Assembly (NCBI GenBank): GCA_020137815.1
Contig: CM035359.1
Coordinates: 6,014,001 to 6,078,000 of the forward strand
Direction of reading: 5' to 3'
DNA from: Hormiphora californensis
Lineage: Eukaryota; Animalia; Ctenophora
DNA: 64,000 bases
Below, piece by piece: positions 1-13,891 of this stretch. The translations under genes and the position numbers were made by a program. Below the pieces are notes generated by a model. It searched no databases, was not told where the DNA came from, and saw only the letters and a program-made list of their open reading frames with translations. Position 1 is the first letter of the stretch. Each line of letters starts with the position of its first letter.

Positions 1-53
1 GTGACAAAAACTGGAACAATTGGGAGAGGTCGATGTAGTTATCGACTCTACTA
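1..53. mobile_element. Right TIR end of Academ-like non-autonomous element (same family as 7890-9407)
   Basis: Identical to 9355-9407, ending ...GACTCTACTA. Confidence 0.85.
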
Positions 54-163
54 ACGGGGCTATAAAACATAGATCTTTCTCTGAGCTTCATTCATGTGTT
101 GTATTTGTGAAAATAGAGATCAACTCTATAGCTGTGAAAATAAAACATTTGAAATACACTGGT

Positions 164-3100
164 TCAAAAATTAGACGTCTTCAAGTTTCTATCCCTTAAC
201 GGCACGCTAGGTAACACCTGAATGCCACCCTTGGGTTTTTTGGCCCCATGGGGTCCCTGATCTGGGGTATAATAGTTCTCGTGTGGCGGTTCAGTACCCC
301 TAACCGCCCTTCTATCTAGCGTATCCATCCCGTTGTGGTCAGGAACATCAACCGAGCTAAGATCATCTATATCCAGGACAGGCCCGGGACCTCTGGGTGC
401 AGCAGTACGAGGGGGAGGGTGGTTTAGATGGAGTTGGGAGACAGACGGTCCGATGGTGGAGGGGGGAGGGGAGGTACTTGCATATGCTGTTCTGTCCTCC
501 GGGTGGGAGATGGAAGAGGGTAGTTTCTGGGGCTTTATTCCTGCTTTCTGGTCCCTGTAAATGGAGAGAGCTGTTAGAACACCGTGTGTTGATCGACCCT
601 CTCTTACCGCAATTATCTAAAACTGGTAGTCATGGTACCTGATTATAATGTAATTAACTAACTAATGTAATTAACTTTACAAATACCTCTTATTAGCAAG
701 GAATGTAGGTGTAATACTGATAGTGTCCAGGGTAGCAGTAGATTTCCCCGTACTCTCTCCAATTGTACTGGCGGGTCCCCGTGATCGGGGGGAGGTCAGA
801 CCTACAGCATGGGGGTTGTTATGTTCTAACCCTCCCTTTACATTTGTGCAGCGCCCGAAACACAGTCTAGCCAGGCAACAGAATGGAGGTAGGGAGTTAT
901 AAATTGAATAAGGACGGTAGAAATTGGTACAGACTATGCAGGGATAAGACTAAGAATTATAAATTGAAACATATATGCACAGTATTCCCTGATATGGCTC
1001 TTAACTATGTTTTTTTGTTACTGTTTCGCCGTACAGTGAAACTGGGTCGGGCAAGACAACTATTTTACCTGATGGGGTGGGGTCCATGTTCCAGTTGTTC
1101 ACCTTCTCCCTCGGGTCCATGGGCCACCCTGACAGAGGTCCAGCTGGTGGGGGAGGGGGCATCACAGGTTCCTGCTGCTGTTGCTTCCTCCAACCATGAG
1201 GCGAGAGGATGGCTACCGGGGGTTCGTTGTGGTCTGCAGGGTGAGATTTGTAAATTGGTGGTCAGTTATAGAGATATTGTGGAGAAAAGTAGTTGAGATA
1301 TTGTCTCATATAATAAGACCGTCCTCTTCGGCTACATGAGGCCGCGTGAGGCCGTGATGTACAGTCAGTGTCTGACAATTGAGATATATGTTAACACCAG
1401 CAGCGGGTTCACGACTCTCAGCAGCTATACAACACCTACTACAATACACCTACCTCCCATGATGGAAGGAGCATCATCAAGATCAGAGGGCGGTAACCTA
1501 GATAACCCTCCGTAGGGGTTCATCTTCTCTCCAGGACCTCCACTGCGGGGATATGATGCCTCTAGGGGCACGGAGAACTTCCTGCGTGGGTAATAATATG
1601 TTATATAATATATTGATTTGATGATAATAGGTGCATGATTGGAAAGTGTCCCATCAGATTGATTGACAGTAATTGTCAAACTTGTCTAACCCTCCTTTAC
1701 AATTCCAATATTGGGTGCGGTGAGAGAGCGTCGAGACAATCTGGTACCTGTCTATAGACTCGATCTAGGTGGTATCTACTAGTAGTTAATATATTGATAC
1801 CTGTCTACGTGATATCAAATGGTAGTTATAGTACATTAGTACCTGTCTACGTGGTATCAAATGGTAGTTATAGTACATTAGTACCTGTCTACGTGGTATC
1901 AAATGGTACCTGTCTAGGTTGTGTTGTGATCGGGAGGACACATTACTGGAGGGTGGTATACTCCTCAAATTACCCTGACTCAGGGTCGCATTGGATTTCT
2001 TTAGTTTGGGAGAGAACAATCCAGAATTCTCATCAAGTGGCGACATCATCAGCACGTTCTCACGGGATTTTGACCTGCAATAATGTGGTGTAGCTCATAA
2101 TGAATATAATAAGGAATTGAAATAGTGAACTGTATTTTGGGGGATTCTATACTGTCTATAACATTGTCCAATTTGATTCCAACTAACCTGCTATTGAATA
2201 GTGGGGCTGCCTGTTGCTGATCATAGTCGATAGTTTGGTACCTAGGTGAGAGGGGACCACCTGCCCCAGCTGCAGGATGGAATGGTTCACAGTACCCGTC
2301 ATTAGCATTGTACCCATCATCATCTGGATCATTGTGGAGCGGGTCATACGCCTGGAGAAGAGAAGGGTCACAGTAGGATGAAGGAGGGGATGGAGGGGAA
2401 GTATGCATGGGAAAGGGTAACCTGTAAAATTGGGTAGTAGGGATGATATATTGAATGAGGGGACTATGCCGTAGGGGTGTTTTTCCAGATTTAATTGGAA
2501 GGTTTCTTACTACTCACATTGACCACTCCATCGTCGTACATGTCCTCAAACTGCCGGTTCTTCAGTTTGGCTCGTGGTACTGTGCTCATACTGTACATTG
2601 AACCCACACCGTCAACCTGGGGAGGGGAGGGAGAGAAATGGGCTAATAGCTGGGATTTAGAACATGCCCAGGTAACCCAAAGTATGCCCAGATAACCCAA
2701 AGTACGATAAAAGTACCATTTGATGTTGTTAAACATGATTCTGCCCCACCCATAGTGATTGAGATGCTGTTATATCCAGTATCCTGTTATTATCCAGCAT
2801 CCTGTTATATTGAGATGCTGTTATATCCAGTATCCTGTTGAATTATTGAAACAGAGTAGCTGGTCCGATATTAAACCACTCAATCGATTTCAGAGGTGCT
2901 AACATGGTTCTCACATTGTTATCGAGATATAATGTGCTATTTTCAATTGTATCCCTATCTCGCACCCGTATTGTCCCATTGTCCCACTTAACTACAACAA
3001 AAAAGTCACACCTGCTGAGGGCCAATATATGGGAAACGCGTTAGGTCTGGGTAGTATTTATACCACCACAAACCACTCAACATCATTCTCATCGAGACAA

Positions 3101-6100
3101 CAACAACATCACATCTACAATCAACATGAAGACATTCGTTCTTGCCCTTGTGGCCCTTTTCGCCGTTGCCGCTGCCTCTCCCATTCAGGTATGTGCTTTA
3201 TATTAGGTGTTTAATTGTTAAATTGAAGTTCTAGTTTTCTACTTCCCCTAACCTATATTACGATAGCACCATTTGACACTATTTAACATGATTCTACCCC
3301 CTAACAATCCAGGTTGAGGAGCGAGACATCATCTCCATGCTGATTGAGATGCTCAAGGGATTCATCTGTAACATGCAGGAGGAGCGAATCGAGGAGAGGG
3401 GCATCATGGACATGATCATCAACCTGGTCAAGACCTTCCTGTGTGGAGACAACCCCGGACCCGACCCCGCTCCAATCCCCACCGGTGAACCTGCTCCCAT
3501 CCCCGACTTTTCTAGAATTTTCTAGATGTCTGAAATCGGAGTAAAGAAGAAACCAAACATATTATTATTGTTGAGTAAATCTTAGTTTAATAAAAAACCA
3601 ATAAAATACCAATTTTAACACATGTGTTCGTGTCTGCAAACTCCATCACGACATCTCACGGTTCCACTGGCACACTCACCATCAGGATTGGGCGGAGGAG
3701 CGGGCTTATCATCCTCCTTGGGCCTGTACATACTAGCCCGGTCAGGGCTCCTATCACTTCTTCCAGTCTTTTCGAGTATTGGGAAGCTTGAGTAATCAAA
3801 CAGCCCACAGTTGTGGTGATTTCGGGCATACTTGACAAACCCTTGGTCTCCCCATCTTCCTCCCCATGAGTTCTTGACCAGCACAAAGAGAGGGGTGTAA
3901 CCAACTGCAGTTACGGCATGGTTGGGTCGTCCCCTACAGGTTGTGTCCTTGATAATTCCCCTGCTGTACTGCTGGAAGTAGTTGGTAACCTCAAAGGCAA
4001 CAGCTAGGGCACCCTCCGCAAGACGGGCGATGTTAGCCCGCTCACCGAGTCCGGCAGTCCTAGCTCCCCTAATTTTAGCAGAGACCATGGCATCTCTGTT
4101 CTTATCAGCTTTACATTTACTGTCCCAACCTCTGTAGTGGTAGGTAGAAGTGGCAGCAAGGCGACCTCCGTTTTTCGCACTATACTTATAGGCATCATTG
4201 GGCCATCCACCGTTACATCCGTTCTTCTTCTGTCCCTCGTAGACACAGTCAAGGTACTCCTGCTCGGCGAAGTTCCGCAGAACTCCAGAGGCAATCTGGT
4301 ATCGGGTCTCCAGACCTCCGACAGCTCCGAAGGTCCAGCAAGATCCACACATTCCCTGGTTCTTGACGGGGGTAACAGCTCCGGTGTTGGTCCAAAGCAC
4401 CTTTTGAGGGGCGGAGAGGCTCGCCGTGGGAGGGGCAGGAGCGTTGGGGAGATGATTGGTGATGTTGAGTCCAAGGTACTGCTGCTTCTCAGCCTCAGTC
4501 ATGGAAGAGAAAAAATTGAGTCCAAAGACGGCGTTGTCGCTGTTCTCGTTGTAGTTGGCAACCTCCTCAGCGCTCTTTCGGAACAGCCTGAACCTCATCC
4601 TATCTTCAGTCCCGAAACGGAGTCCCTCCTCGGCTTTGAAGCTCTTGTAAAGCTTGAGAGTTTCTGCGGTTGACTTGAGGATCTCCTTTAGGGGAGCCTC
4701 GTGGCCGAGGGCAACTCCGAGAATACAGATGACAGTGAAAAACTTCATGTTTGTGGAATAAGTTGAGGGTGTTTGGGATTCCCATGTTTTATAGTGGGGG
4801 ATCCAGGAATTACAGATAGTAACAGGTGGTAGACTAAATGAGGGAGTCAGGGAGAGATTTTGTGATCTCACACTGAATGGCATTGTTCTTGGCTAGGGAC
4901 GAGGGATGCTGGGGTTGCGGCTGGGATTAGTGTTCTGGTTAGCACTTCATTTGGCCTCACTAATTTGTAAAAGTGTGAAAACTTAAATCAGGAGGAAAAT
5001 CTCTGAATGAAAATTATAGTTGGCGAACTATGAAGACTAAAATACGGTATATTATACGGTCCATCTTCCATTTGATGTACCTGGGATAGTACTTCTCGTT
5101 GATATTCCACCTCTTCCTTCAGTTTTCTGTTCTTCCGACAGCAACAGCAGCAAATCAGAATCATTATGATTAGGAGAGCAACAATGACACCCCCAATTAT
5201 CAACCACATCTTTAGAGTTACTAGAGGGGAATCGGTTACCATTGAAAGACTTTATTTTTGGCAAATTGCTAGTGGAAAACGCGTCTAGACTACCATGGTT
5301 CATTTTCAGTAGTTTTTCAGAAAGCTGAAAGCAAAATTCTTGTACCCCCGACAGTACGGGAGGTTACCTAATTCAACTGACAACTTACTTTTTGCAAAGA
5401 AACCACACTTTTTGTTGAGTTTGGTTTTCATAATGACTTCCCGTGGTGCAACTTTATTTCTAGCAGCACATCTGACCTGGACCGCATCACATGTCCTGTC
5501 GAACTGATAGGTGACGTGGGTCACATTCCCAGTGATCTCTACCCGTAGTTTCACTCTCTCTATTAACTGGGAGGGGGAAGGACATGTTTAGTATTCTCTC
5601 TGTTTAGTAAAATTATTCATGGGGGTATTTTAGGGATTAGGGAACTCTCTCTACCAACTGGGAGGGGGAAAGACATGTTTAGTATTCTCTCTGTTTATTA
5701 TTTAATTATTCATGGGGGTATTTTAGGGATTAGGGAACTCTCTCAACTGTGAGAAGGTACATGTTTATAGTATAATCGAGAGGGGGTATTTTAGGGAACA
5801 CTAGTAATGCAATATTCCATGAAAAAGAAATCTTTTTCAACTCAATAAAACAGAGCTGCAACTAGAAAAAAGGGCTGGTATTCAAAACAGAAATGAAACC
5901 AATAACTAATTAACTAACCCTTATTTGCACCCTTATCCTAATCCGAATACTCATCCAGTTATCGGACCCCGATTTACCAATTACGGTTTTCGTAAACCGG
6001 GGGTCCGACAGTAATTAGTTGTTCTCACCTTATTGTCCACCATTATGGTAACATCAGGCTGTGGGTAGGCCCAGACGGCACACCCCACTTGGAGTTGGTC

Positions 6101-9100
6101 TGTCTCAGGGTCGATCCTTTCTGTCACAGTGACGTTGTAACCGATAAATTCACCCGCATACACGACAAGGGGAATCTTCTTACTCCACACTTTACCTGGG
6201 AGAGAAAGGGGACTGTTAGTTAATCATTTAGTTGGTTAATTGTTAATGGGATAATCTTTTCTTTACTTTGGTAAAAGTTGCGAGTTATAGGCAGACTAAA
6301 AAACTAGGTACCGTTCGCATGGGGTGACCTGTTGAGATCAAGACTTCACCATATACCTGAGACTCTGAGATAACAGTAGTAGTCCATACTGTCTGTTGAA
6401 TTGTGGACTGTTAGCTTGGTTGAAGCTTTGTAGAAATCATCTGAAAAGAACGAATCGTTAATAAAAATGGTACAAACTCCCCTCGGCCCCCGGTATACTT
6501 CGACTTTGGTACAATTTAGCTTGCTTGGAACCCTTCCTCACACAGAAATGCAGTGAGAGAAAGAGTCTGGAGCCAACAAGTTGAGTTGCAGTATGTTTAA
6601 TCCAAAAAAAGAAATCAACAATAAGGCAAGTGGGAGTCGAGGATATCGACAGAAGAATCCAAGATTCTATAATCGGCAGGTGAGAAGAACTTCGCTCATA
6701 ATAAAAGGCTGCAATAAAAGGCTATAATCTACCCTATCCGTCAAAAACCTTACCGAGTCCGATTAATATGTCCATGAGTTTACTAGGTTGGTAATAAAAG
6801 TGAAAAGGCAAAACCACGCTACGATACATCCCTCTACTACTGACTACTAGTCAGTCACAGTATTTGTAGTGTATATCTGAGTTTGAACAAGTTTTGGAAG
6901 GGAAGGGAATGGTGATGGGGTGAGTGTTGTTGGGTGGGTGTTGTTGCTTCAGTATAACAATGAATGGGTTGCCGGTTGTATCTAACCTTGATAATCCGGT
7001 TCATATGCCCATATTTCGCTCATGAAAATACACGCTTCCTTCCCCTCGTCTCTCCGGTGTACCAAAGAAACGTTATTTCCACGAAGAGGCACCGAACACT
7101 CAACCAAATACCAGGGATTTCCTTTTTCAATCACCACAGACCCGCAATACACCCCATTTACAAAGATTTTAGTTCCGTTGAACCTTGATCTGTCTGGATC
7201 GGGATTATCGTACGCACTCCTGATCAAAAACCCCGAAAAGAGGGCTTCCTCTTCCGTCTGAAGCGTCATCCAGATCGTGTTTCCGTCTGCATCACACTTA
7301 CTATGACACTTAGTTGACAGGTCATTATCGAACGCGTATTCCACTGTGAAGTCCTCATATGTACTCCAAAACTTTCCCGAGATGAACTTTTCCGTGGCGT
7401 TTCGGTGAAAGTAGGTTGTAGTGGTGGTTATAGGTGTTGCAACAGAGAGCAGCAATAAACTCAATAACATACACATATTCCAACACTATTGAAAGGGAAA
7501 TTTAATTTTTAGTACAACATGCACAATTTATTAAGGTTGTGAAACTCATCTTATACTCTGGTTATGCTGCTCTCACTCAATCTCTCTTTCACTCCTTCAT
7601 TGTGAGAGAGGGTCCCTCTCTGGATAAAAAACACATCTTTATTCACAAGCAACCATAATGTTAGTTTTCTAGCTAGATCTCAACTCTATCCCTCCACTAT
7701 TAAACTAAACACATAAAATGAATAACTCATCAATACAGAGTCAATGTTGAATAAGGGAATAAGCGACGGAGAAACCTGTCTCTGATCCCCGTTACAAGTC
7801 ACATGTTGCAAGAAGCGTTGACAATATTTTCCTGATCCAGCATCTAGCGCTCAGATCGGGTCACGTATATAAATGGCGATTAGTCAATGTAGTAGAGTCG
7901 ATAACTACATCGACCTCTCCCAATTGTTCCAGTTTTTGTCACATCTGTTTGGAGCCTCGACACGACCTCTAAACAGGTGTTACTTTTTCACAAACTATTT
8001 TCATCTTGGTGCAATCAGCATTTGAAAGGTTGTTGATCATAACAAAAACCTAACTATTTTTTTTCAACTTGGGGTAAAACCATGGGTGTCAAAAGTTAGC
8101 TCTAGGTTTGGTATCGAAGACACCTCACACTCTGTTTAGAGGTATCAGAAGGGCTTCCCCTATTTTTATAGCGCGCCCAAAACGTTATACTGAGCACTGA
8201 AAAGTTGTAGTCTACACTACATAGTTCTAGCTAAGGGTTTTGAGCCGCGCACAGGGCCACACCGAGACCAAATCTCGTTACTTTCCTGATTTCTTTGACA
8301 CAAACAAGTATTGCAGAGCGGCCAATAGAGCTGGCGGTTTCAAACTTCGTCCGTATTCGGAGGGATAGATTAGCAGTTCAGTGTTTCAAACCAGGTTTAA
8401 TTTGGCAAAGTAGAAGCTGAGTTACAACATGTTTTGTACAAATGGTTCAACTTCAAGACCTTTTTAATTTTGATGGCCAGACCTTTCAAGATAGAAACTT
8501 CAAACTTTGCCACGATCTTTGATATGATGTTAAGCATACCTGACCTACTTTTTCAAAAATTTTTTTCATCATTAACACCTAAAACTGATTTCAAAACCAA
8601 GGTTCCGGGGATAATTTTTTAAATATGTGTACAGAATTATAATTTTCAGACAATTTGGTGGGGAATACCAAAATTTGGTGCATTTTCATTGAGTGGTTGA
8701 GGAGCTATTAATTTTTGAAGTGAATCAAAGCGGGTTTGTTACCCCTACTCAGGCCGCTTCGCGGCCTTCGTTTGGCGTGCTTCGCACGCCGCGCCGGCAA
8801 GGGAGGGGTAACTTCGTTACCAAGCTCTAGGTCCCCTGAGTAACCATCCGGAGACTCTAAGAGATATTTCAAGCCGTTCTCCTGTAATCATTAATCCCGG
8901 TAGAGCACATATTTGAGTATGGACGTACGTGCAATTGCCTACAACCTCAACTTTAATGTATAACGTTAATGTGCGTCTCTCTCTTTTCTCCCCCTTGAGA
9001 AAGAGTTATCTCGCGCGGCGCAACCGCACGTGCGGTTTTTCCAGAGAGAGTGAGAGACATACAATAACATGTAAACAGCCTGCCAGCGCTCACGTACGTC

Positions 9101-9574
9101 CGCACTGTATTTTTTTCTCCACCGGGATTAATGATTACGGGAGAACGGCTTGAAATATCTCTTAGAGTCTCCGGATGGTTACTCAGGGGACCTAGAGCTA
9201 ACTTTTGACACCCATGGTTTTACCCCAAGTTGAAAAAAAATAGTTAGGTTTTTGTTATGATCAACAACATTTCAAATGCTGATTACACCAAGATGAAAAC
9301 AGTTTGTGAAAAAGTAACACCTGTTTAGAGGTCGTGTCGAGGCTCCAAACAGATGTGACAAAAACTGGAACAATTGGGAGAGGTCGATGTAGTTATCGAC
9401 TCTACTAATGGTATAAGAATGGTATAAGAATGGTATAAGAATGGAATACTGTTACCTCGAGATAATAGTCCATTGTTATATTCTACTATTTACTAATCGC
9501 CATCGCTAAAGTAATGAATCTAACATGTGTTAAAGAAAGAGAGAGAGAGAGAGAGAGAGATGAGAGGTAGAGAG

Positions 9575-9607
<33 letters not shown>

Positions 9608-12600
9608 CTGATAGGAGATCGAATAGTGATTCTTATCGCTCTCCTCGTACTATCTCTCGCACTCTATTCTCTCTCGTCTCTCTTGTTCTCTTCTCTCCGA
9701 GCTCCTGTCTGCTGTCAGCTATCGCATTGGGGCATTGTACAATGTGCAATAATTGCTATAATTGCTATAGTTACTATTTCAAAAATTTCAAGATGGGCTA
9801 ATGAATCATTGTGCAGGTCCATGGGGATGTCCTCTAGGCCAATTAATGTTGTTAGAACCAGGGCTAGACCTGCAACTGTCGAATCGCATCTAACGGTCTG
9901 GTGACATCATATTTACCACAATATTTTACAATTTTTTACAATTTTTTACAATTTTCCACAATTCACAAAAACCGTTCCTGCAACAAAACGGCTGGATGGT
10001 TTTGGCTGAAACTTCATATACTCGTAGTTGAACACTAAATAAACACCCTACAAGGTGATTTTAGTAAATATTCGGAATATTTTTTTATAAATTTTAAATT
10101 ATGCTTATAAATAACTTTGCCCGGCTATTGGGGGTGTCCCGGAGGCCAATTTTCGGTGTTAGGGTCAAAGATAGCCCTGCAGATGTTGAGGGTATGGTTA
10201 CCACAATTTTTGACAATTTTTATCAATTTTTATCAATTTGTATCAATTTTTTACAATTTTTTACAATTTTCCACTATTTTACAAAAACCGCTTGCGATCC
10301 TTAGCGGCTGGATGGTTTTGGCTGAAACTTCATATACTCATAGTTGAACATCTTATGAACACAATGTACAATGATTCATGTAATTATTTTGAAGAATAGC
10401 AACCCCTAATGTGCATAGCAACCAAGGACAAAATAATATCATACTGCTTAATTATAATATTAATTGCTGCTTCTTCTTACCATTAACAAAGTTTCCAGAC
10501 ACTTCATATCTCTCTCCGCCCCTTGTCTGTCCATCTCTAACCTTGACCCCAGGGTACCCTCTCTCCCACCAGAGCGGCTCTGTAGGCTGGATACCCTGTT
10601 GGTAGCTACAAAACATCTCAGCTCTCGTTCCATTAGCCACCGTCGAGGGGATACCTTGAAAATCTGGAAAAGTGGGTTTTTGAATTCCTTCAAATTTATA
10701 TCTGTATACATTTTCAAGACCAGATATTGTATCATGTAACAATTTTGTCTGCACAAGATATCTTACCAAAGGCGATGACTGTGATTGTCTTGCTGATCAC
10801 ATCACCATTTTCCCAGGTGAACTTGCACGTGTAGGCATCAGTTCCCGTTCTCATATCACGTGTTAGGAAGGCTTTGAAGGGGTTGGTGCTTTCAGAGGGG
10901 TAGTTGTGAATCATGTAAATCCTGAGGAGAAGAAATGATAATAGTATTTAGTAAATTATACCAAATCTAGTAATTTTGGTGATATATGAGTGACTCACTG
11001 TTTGAGGTATTTTCAGTGTAAACGATGTGTAAAATGATCCCACAATGTTCATTCTCTCTGTGGTGAAGGGAGGAGCGTGTTGTGACGTGTTAGAAGGGAT
11101 CGAGTAACTCGAGTCACACTTTACACGACTCATTACATGTTCATTTCTACTGCCTGATCTTTATCTCTCTCTCTCCCTCTCTCTCTTTCTCTCTCTGTGT
11201 CTCTCTCTCTCACCAGTCAACACGGGTGGGAGGTATGAGATCGCTCCTTCCCTCTGCTCCACCCCGTTCCTTAAGCTCGCAGGAGAGAGATGAGTTTGAG
11301 TTAGCTGGAACGGACACATCCTCCCCCTCCACACCTGATTGATTGATTGAATTGATTGAAATTGGCCTAAAATCGGAACTTTAGTGACTTTTGACAAGGG
11401 AAGAGAATTTATCCAAACTTTTACAATTCTACTCCGTTATATAGGACACAATTGGAAGGTTGAACACACACATGCCAACTAGCGGATCCCTGTTCTTCTG
11501 TAGTACAGAAGACATCGGATACACGTACTTACCATAATACTTACCCCGTGGGACATCATGAAACATGTGTATAGACAAACTACCGTTGTTTTTAATTTGT
11601 ACTTACCATATACGATGACCCGTACCATGCCGGTATAACTGGCACCCCCGACATGGAAGGTACACCGAATATCATGGGTGTAGATTTCACTGTTAACCTC
11701 TACTGCACTGTGTATTGTGGTGCCCTGGTAGGTCGTCCGGGCTTGGGTCGTGTAGTTGAACTGCAGAGGAGAGATTAGTGGTTAGCGATCTACTAGATCT
11801 GAGAAGATAGGGGGGGGGGGTAAGAAGGTTGTGTTGTTGAACTGGGGAGACACGTGGTTAGAGCTTTAGGTTTGCACGTTTTAAAAATTGGGTTTTTAGA
11901 TTTGTAACTGCAGAGGAGAGATTAGAGACGTTACGAGGTTAGCGATCTACTAGATCTGAGAGGATATAGGGGTGGTTATATAACTGCAGTAAGGTTATGT
12001 AGTTGAACTGAGGGGATCTGCAAAACTCGTTAGAGCTTTAGGTTTGCAAGTTTTATAAATTGGGCTGTTTAGTCTACGCGGGTGACTAGAGAGATGATTC
12101 ATATCGAGCACAGAGGGTACCGGTATACTTCGGGGTTAGAAATCTCTGATTTGGGATTTATTTGCTTTGTTCAAACCCTTTTTATTTCATTTTAGGAGGG
12201 TCGAACAAGGCTTTATAAACATGGAACCTAAAACAGGAAAAAGTGATTCAAACAAATTCGATATTTTCCCGCCCCCAATCTCTCACTCAACTATTCAGCC
12301 TCCCCCTCTATTTGCAATAGTTCCGTAGAAGAAGAATATGCAATGGCATCATAGCATGATGAAATATGCGTGTGTATGTGTCCGTGTCCGTGTGTGTGCG
12401 TCCGTGTGGTGGATTATAGAAGGTATTGTGGGGACCTCCTGAAAGCTTTTTCACGGCATCACTGGATCAACGATTTTATTGTGACATGAGGCTGAGATAA
12501 ATATCAGATCACAGATGGGATTGAATGGAGCGAGTTGTTATGGTGTGTCATGGGCCAAGGCAGGCTATATCTCTCATTGAGTGTAATGATTTCATCTTTG

Positions 12601-12695
12601 GGTGAATAATTGTGCCCGGTATATATAGCAGAGATATAATTAAGTTTCTCTGGGGGTATTATCACTCCATGAAGTAGTAGACTATGCGATGTCAT

Positions 12696-12730
<35 letters not shown>

Positions 12731-13849
12731 GTCGAGAAGAAGGGACGCGAGAAAGACCCAAAAACGAAAGTGGGGAAGTCAACTTTAATAATTTGCCATC
12801 AAGTTGTCTAGCCGAAATTAGCATGTCAACGAAGGGGGTCCTAATTCTTCTTGATTCATCACTTCTCTCACCCCCTTCAGAGCACCTTCTCTTTCTCCAA
12901 CCTCCCGAGGGACCTTGCCTTGTTCGACCCTCCTTCCCCACGCAAAACAAGAGGGACCCCACCGAACTGGAATCCCAATTCGTTGGTAGTGACTGGGGGG
13001 GGGGTCTAGCCCTAAAAAAGGCCGGGCCAAAATCAGGGTTCTGATGTGTGTATTGATTCATTCTCTCACCTTATTCCTCATGTCAATCCACTCAACCCGT
13101 TGGAGGTTCCTGTTCTTCTCATTGTTAAAGTCACACGTCAGCGATATCCTCTCTCCGTGCTCGATAAAATGGGAGGACGGCCGGAGATCTGAATGGTTTT
13201 TTGAAACTTAATGCCAATGAATGTCAAACATATAATAATTTTCTGGAAGATTACATAAATAATTTCTAGAACAGCGGGTGTGTGGTGAAATCGATACCAA
13301 GGAGAAATAGTGACAATTAGAGTAGCTCTTGTTTTGATTGTTCGACTTGAATACCATCTCATGTTTTGACTTACCATAAACATCAATGGAGGCTGTTTTA
13401 TAGACGATGGACTGGTCATAGGAAGTTAGCAGCATACAGGTGTACTCTGAAGAATTAGTAAATTAGTATGACGTCATAATGATACACTAATCACTAATGA
13501 TAGATATGACGTCATGATGTGACGTTGTCAAAAAGTGAATTAATGTTGGTGTGTATAGTGTATACTGTATAGTGTATAGTATACACTGTATACCCCCCTG
13601 TTTTAGCGCTGCTATTCGCCACGTCAATCCACCACCATACCGCATACGGTTTTTGATGAGGGGTATGACATCATAAAAGTGACGTCATATAAGGTCTCTT
13701 GATTAAATATTTGGAGTGTATAAGTTATGTAAGTGGAGTCATATATTGTCATGCATGATTTAACCTTTTAATGGAGAGAATTGCAAACTGGGCCACACCC
13801 GAGATTCGCTCTGCAGCAGACTCTATGTTCAAGCATGCATATCGAGTTA

Positions 13850-13891
<42 letters not shown>

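Noticed and set aside
333-1296. Plus-strand ORFs at the window start
   Set aside because: Antisense shadows of the receptor's cytoplasmic-tail exons.
1301-1378. C/D snoRNA or hammerhead ribozyme
   Set aside because: No box C or GAAA core; the 8-bp TSD favours a MITE.
4749-4883. N-terminal extension of the protease ORF
   Set aside because: The signal peptide starts at ATG 4748, and a TATA box lies within the extension.
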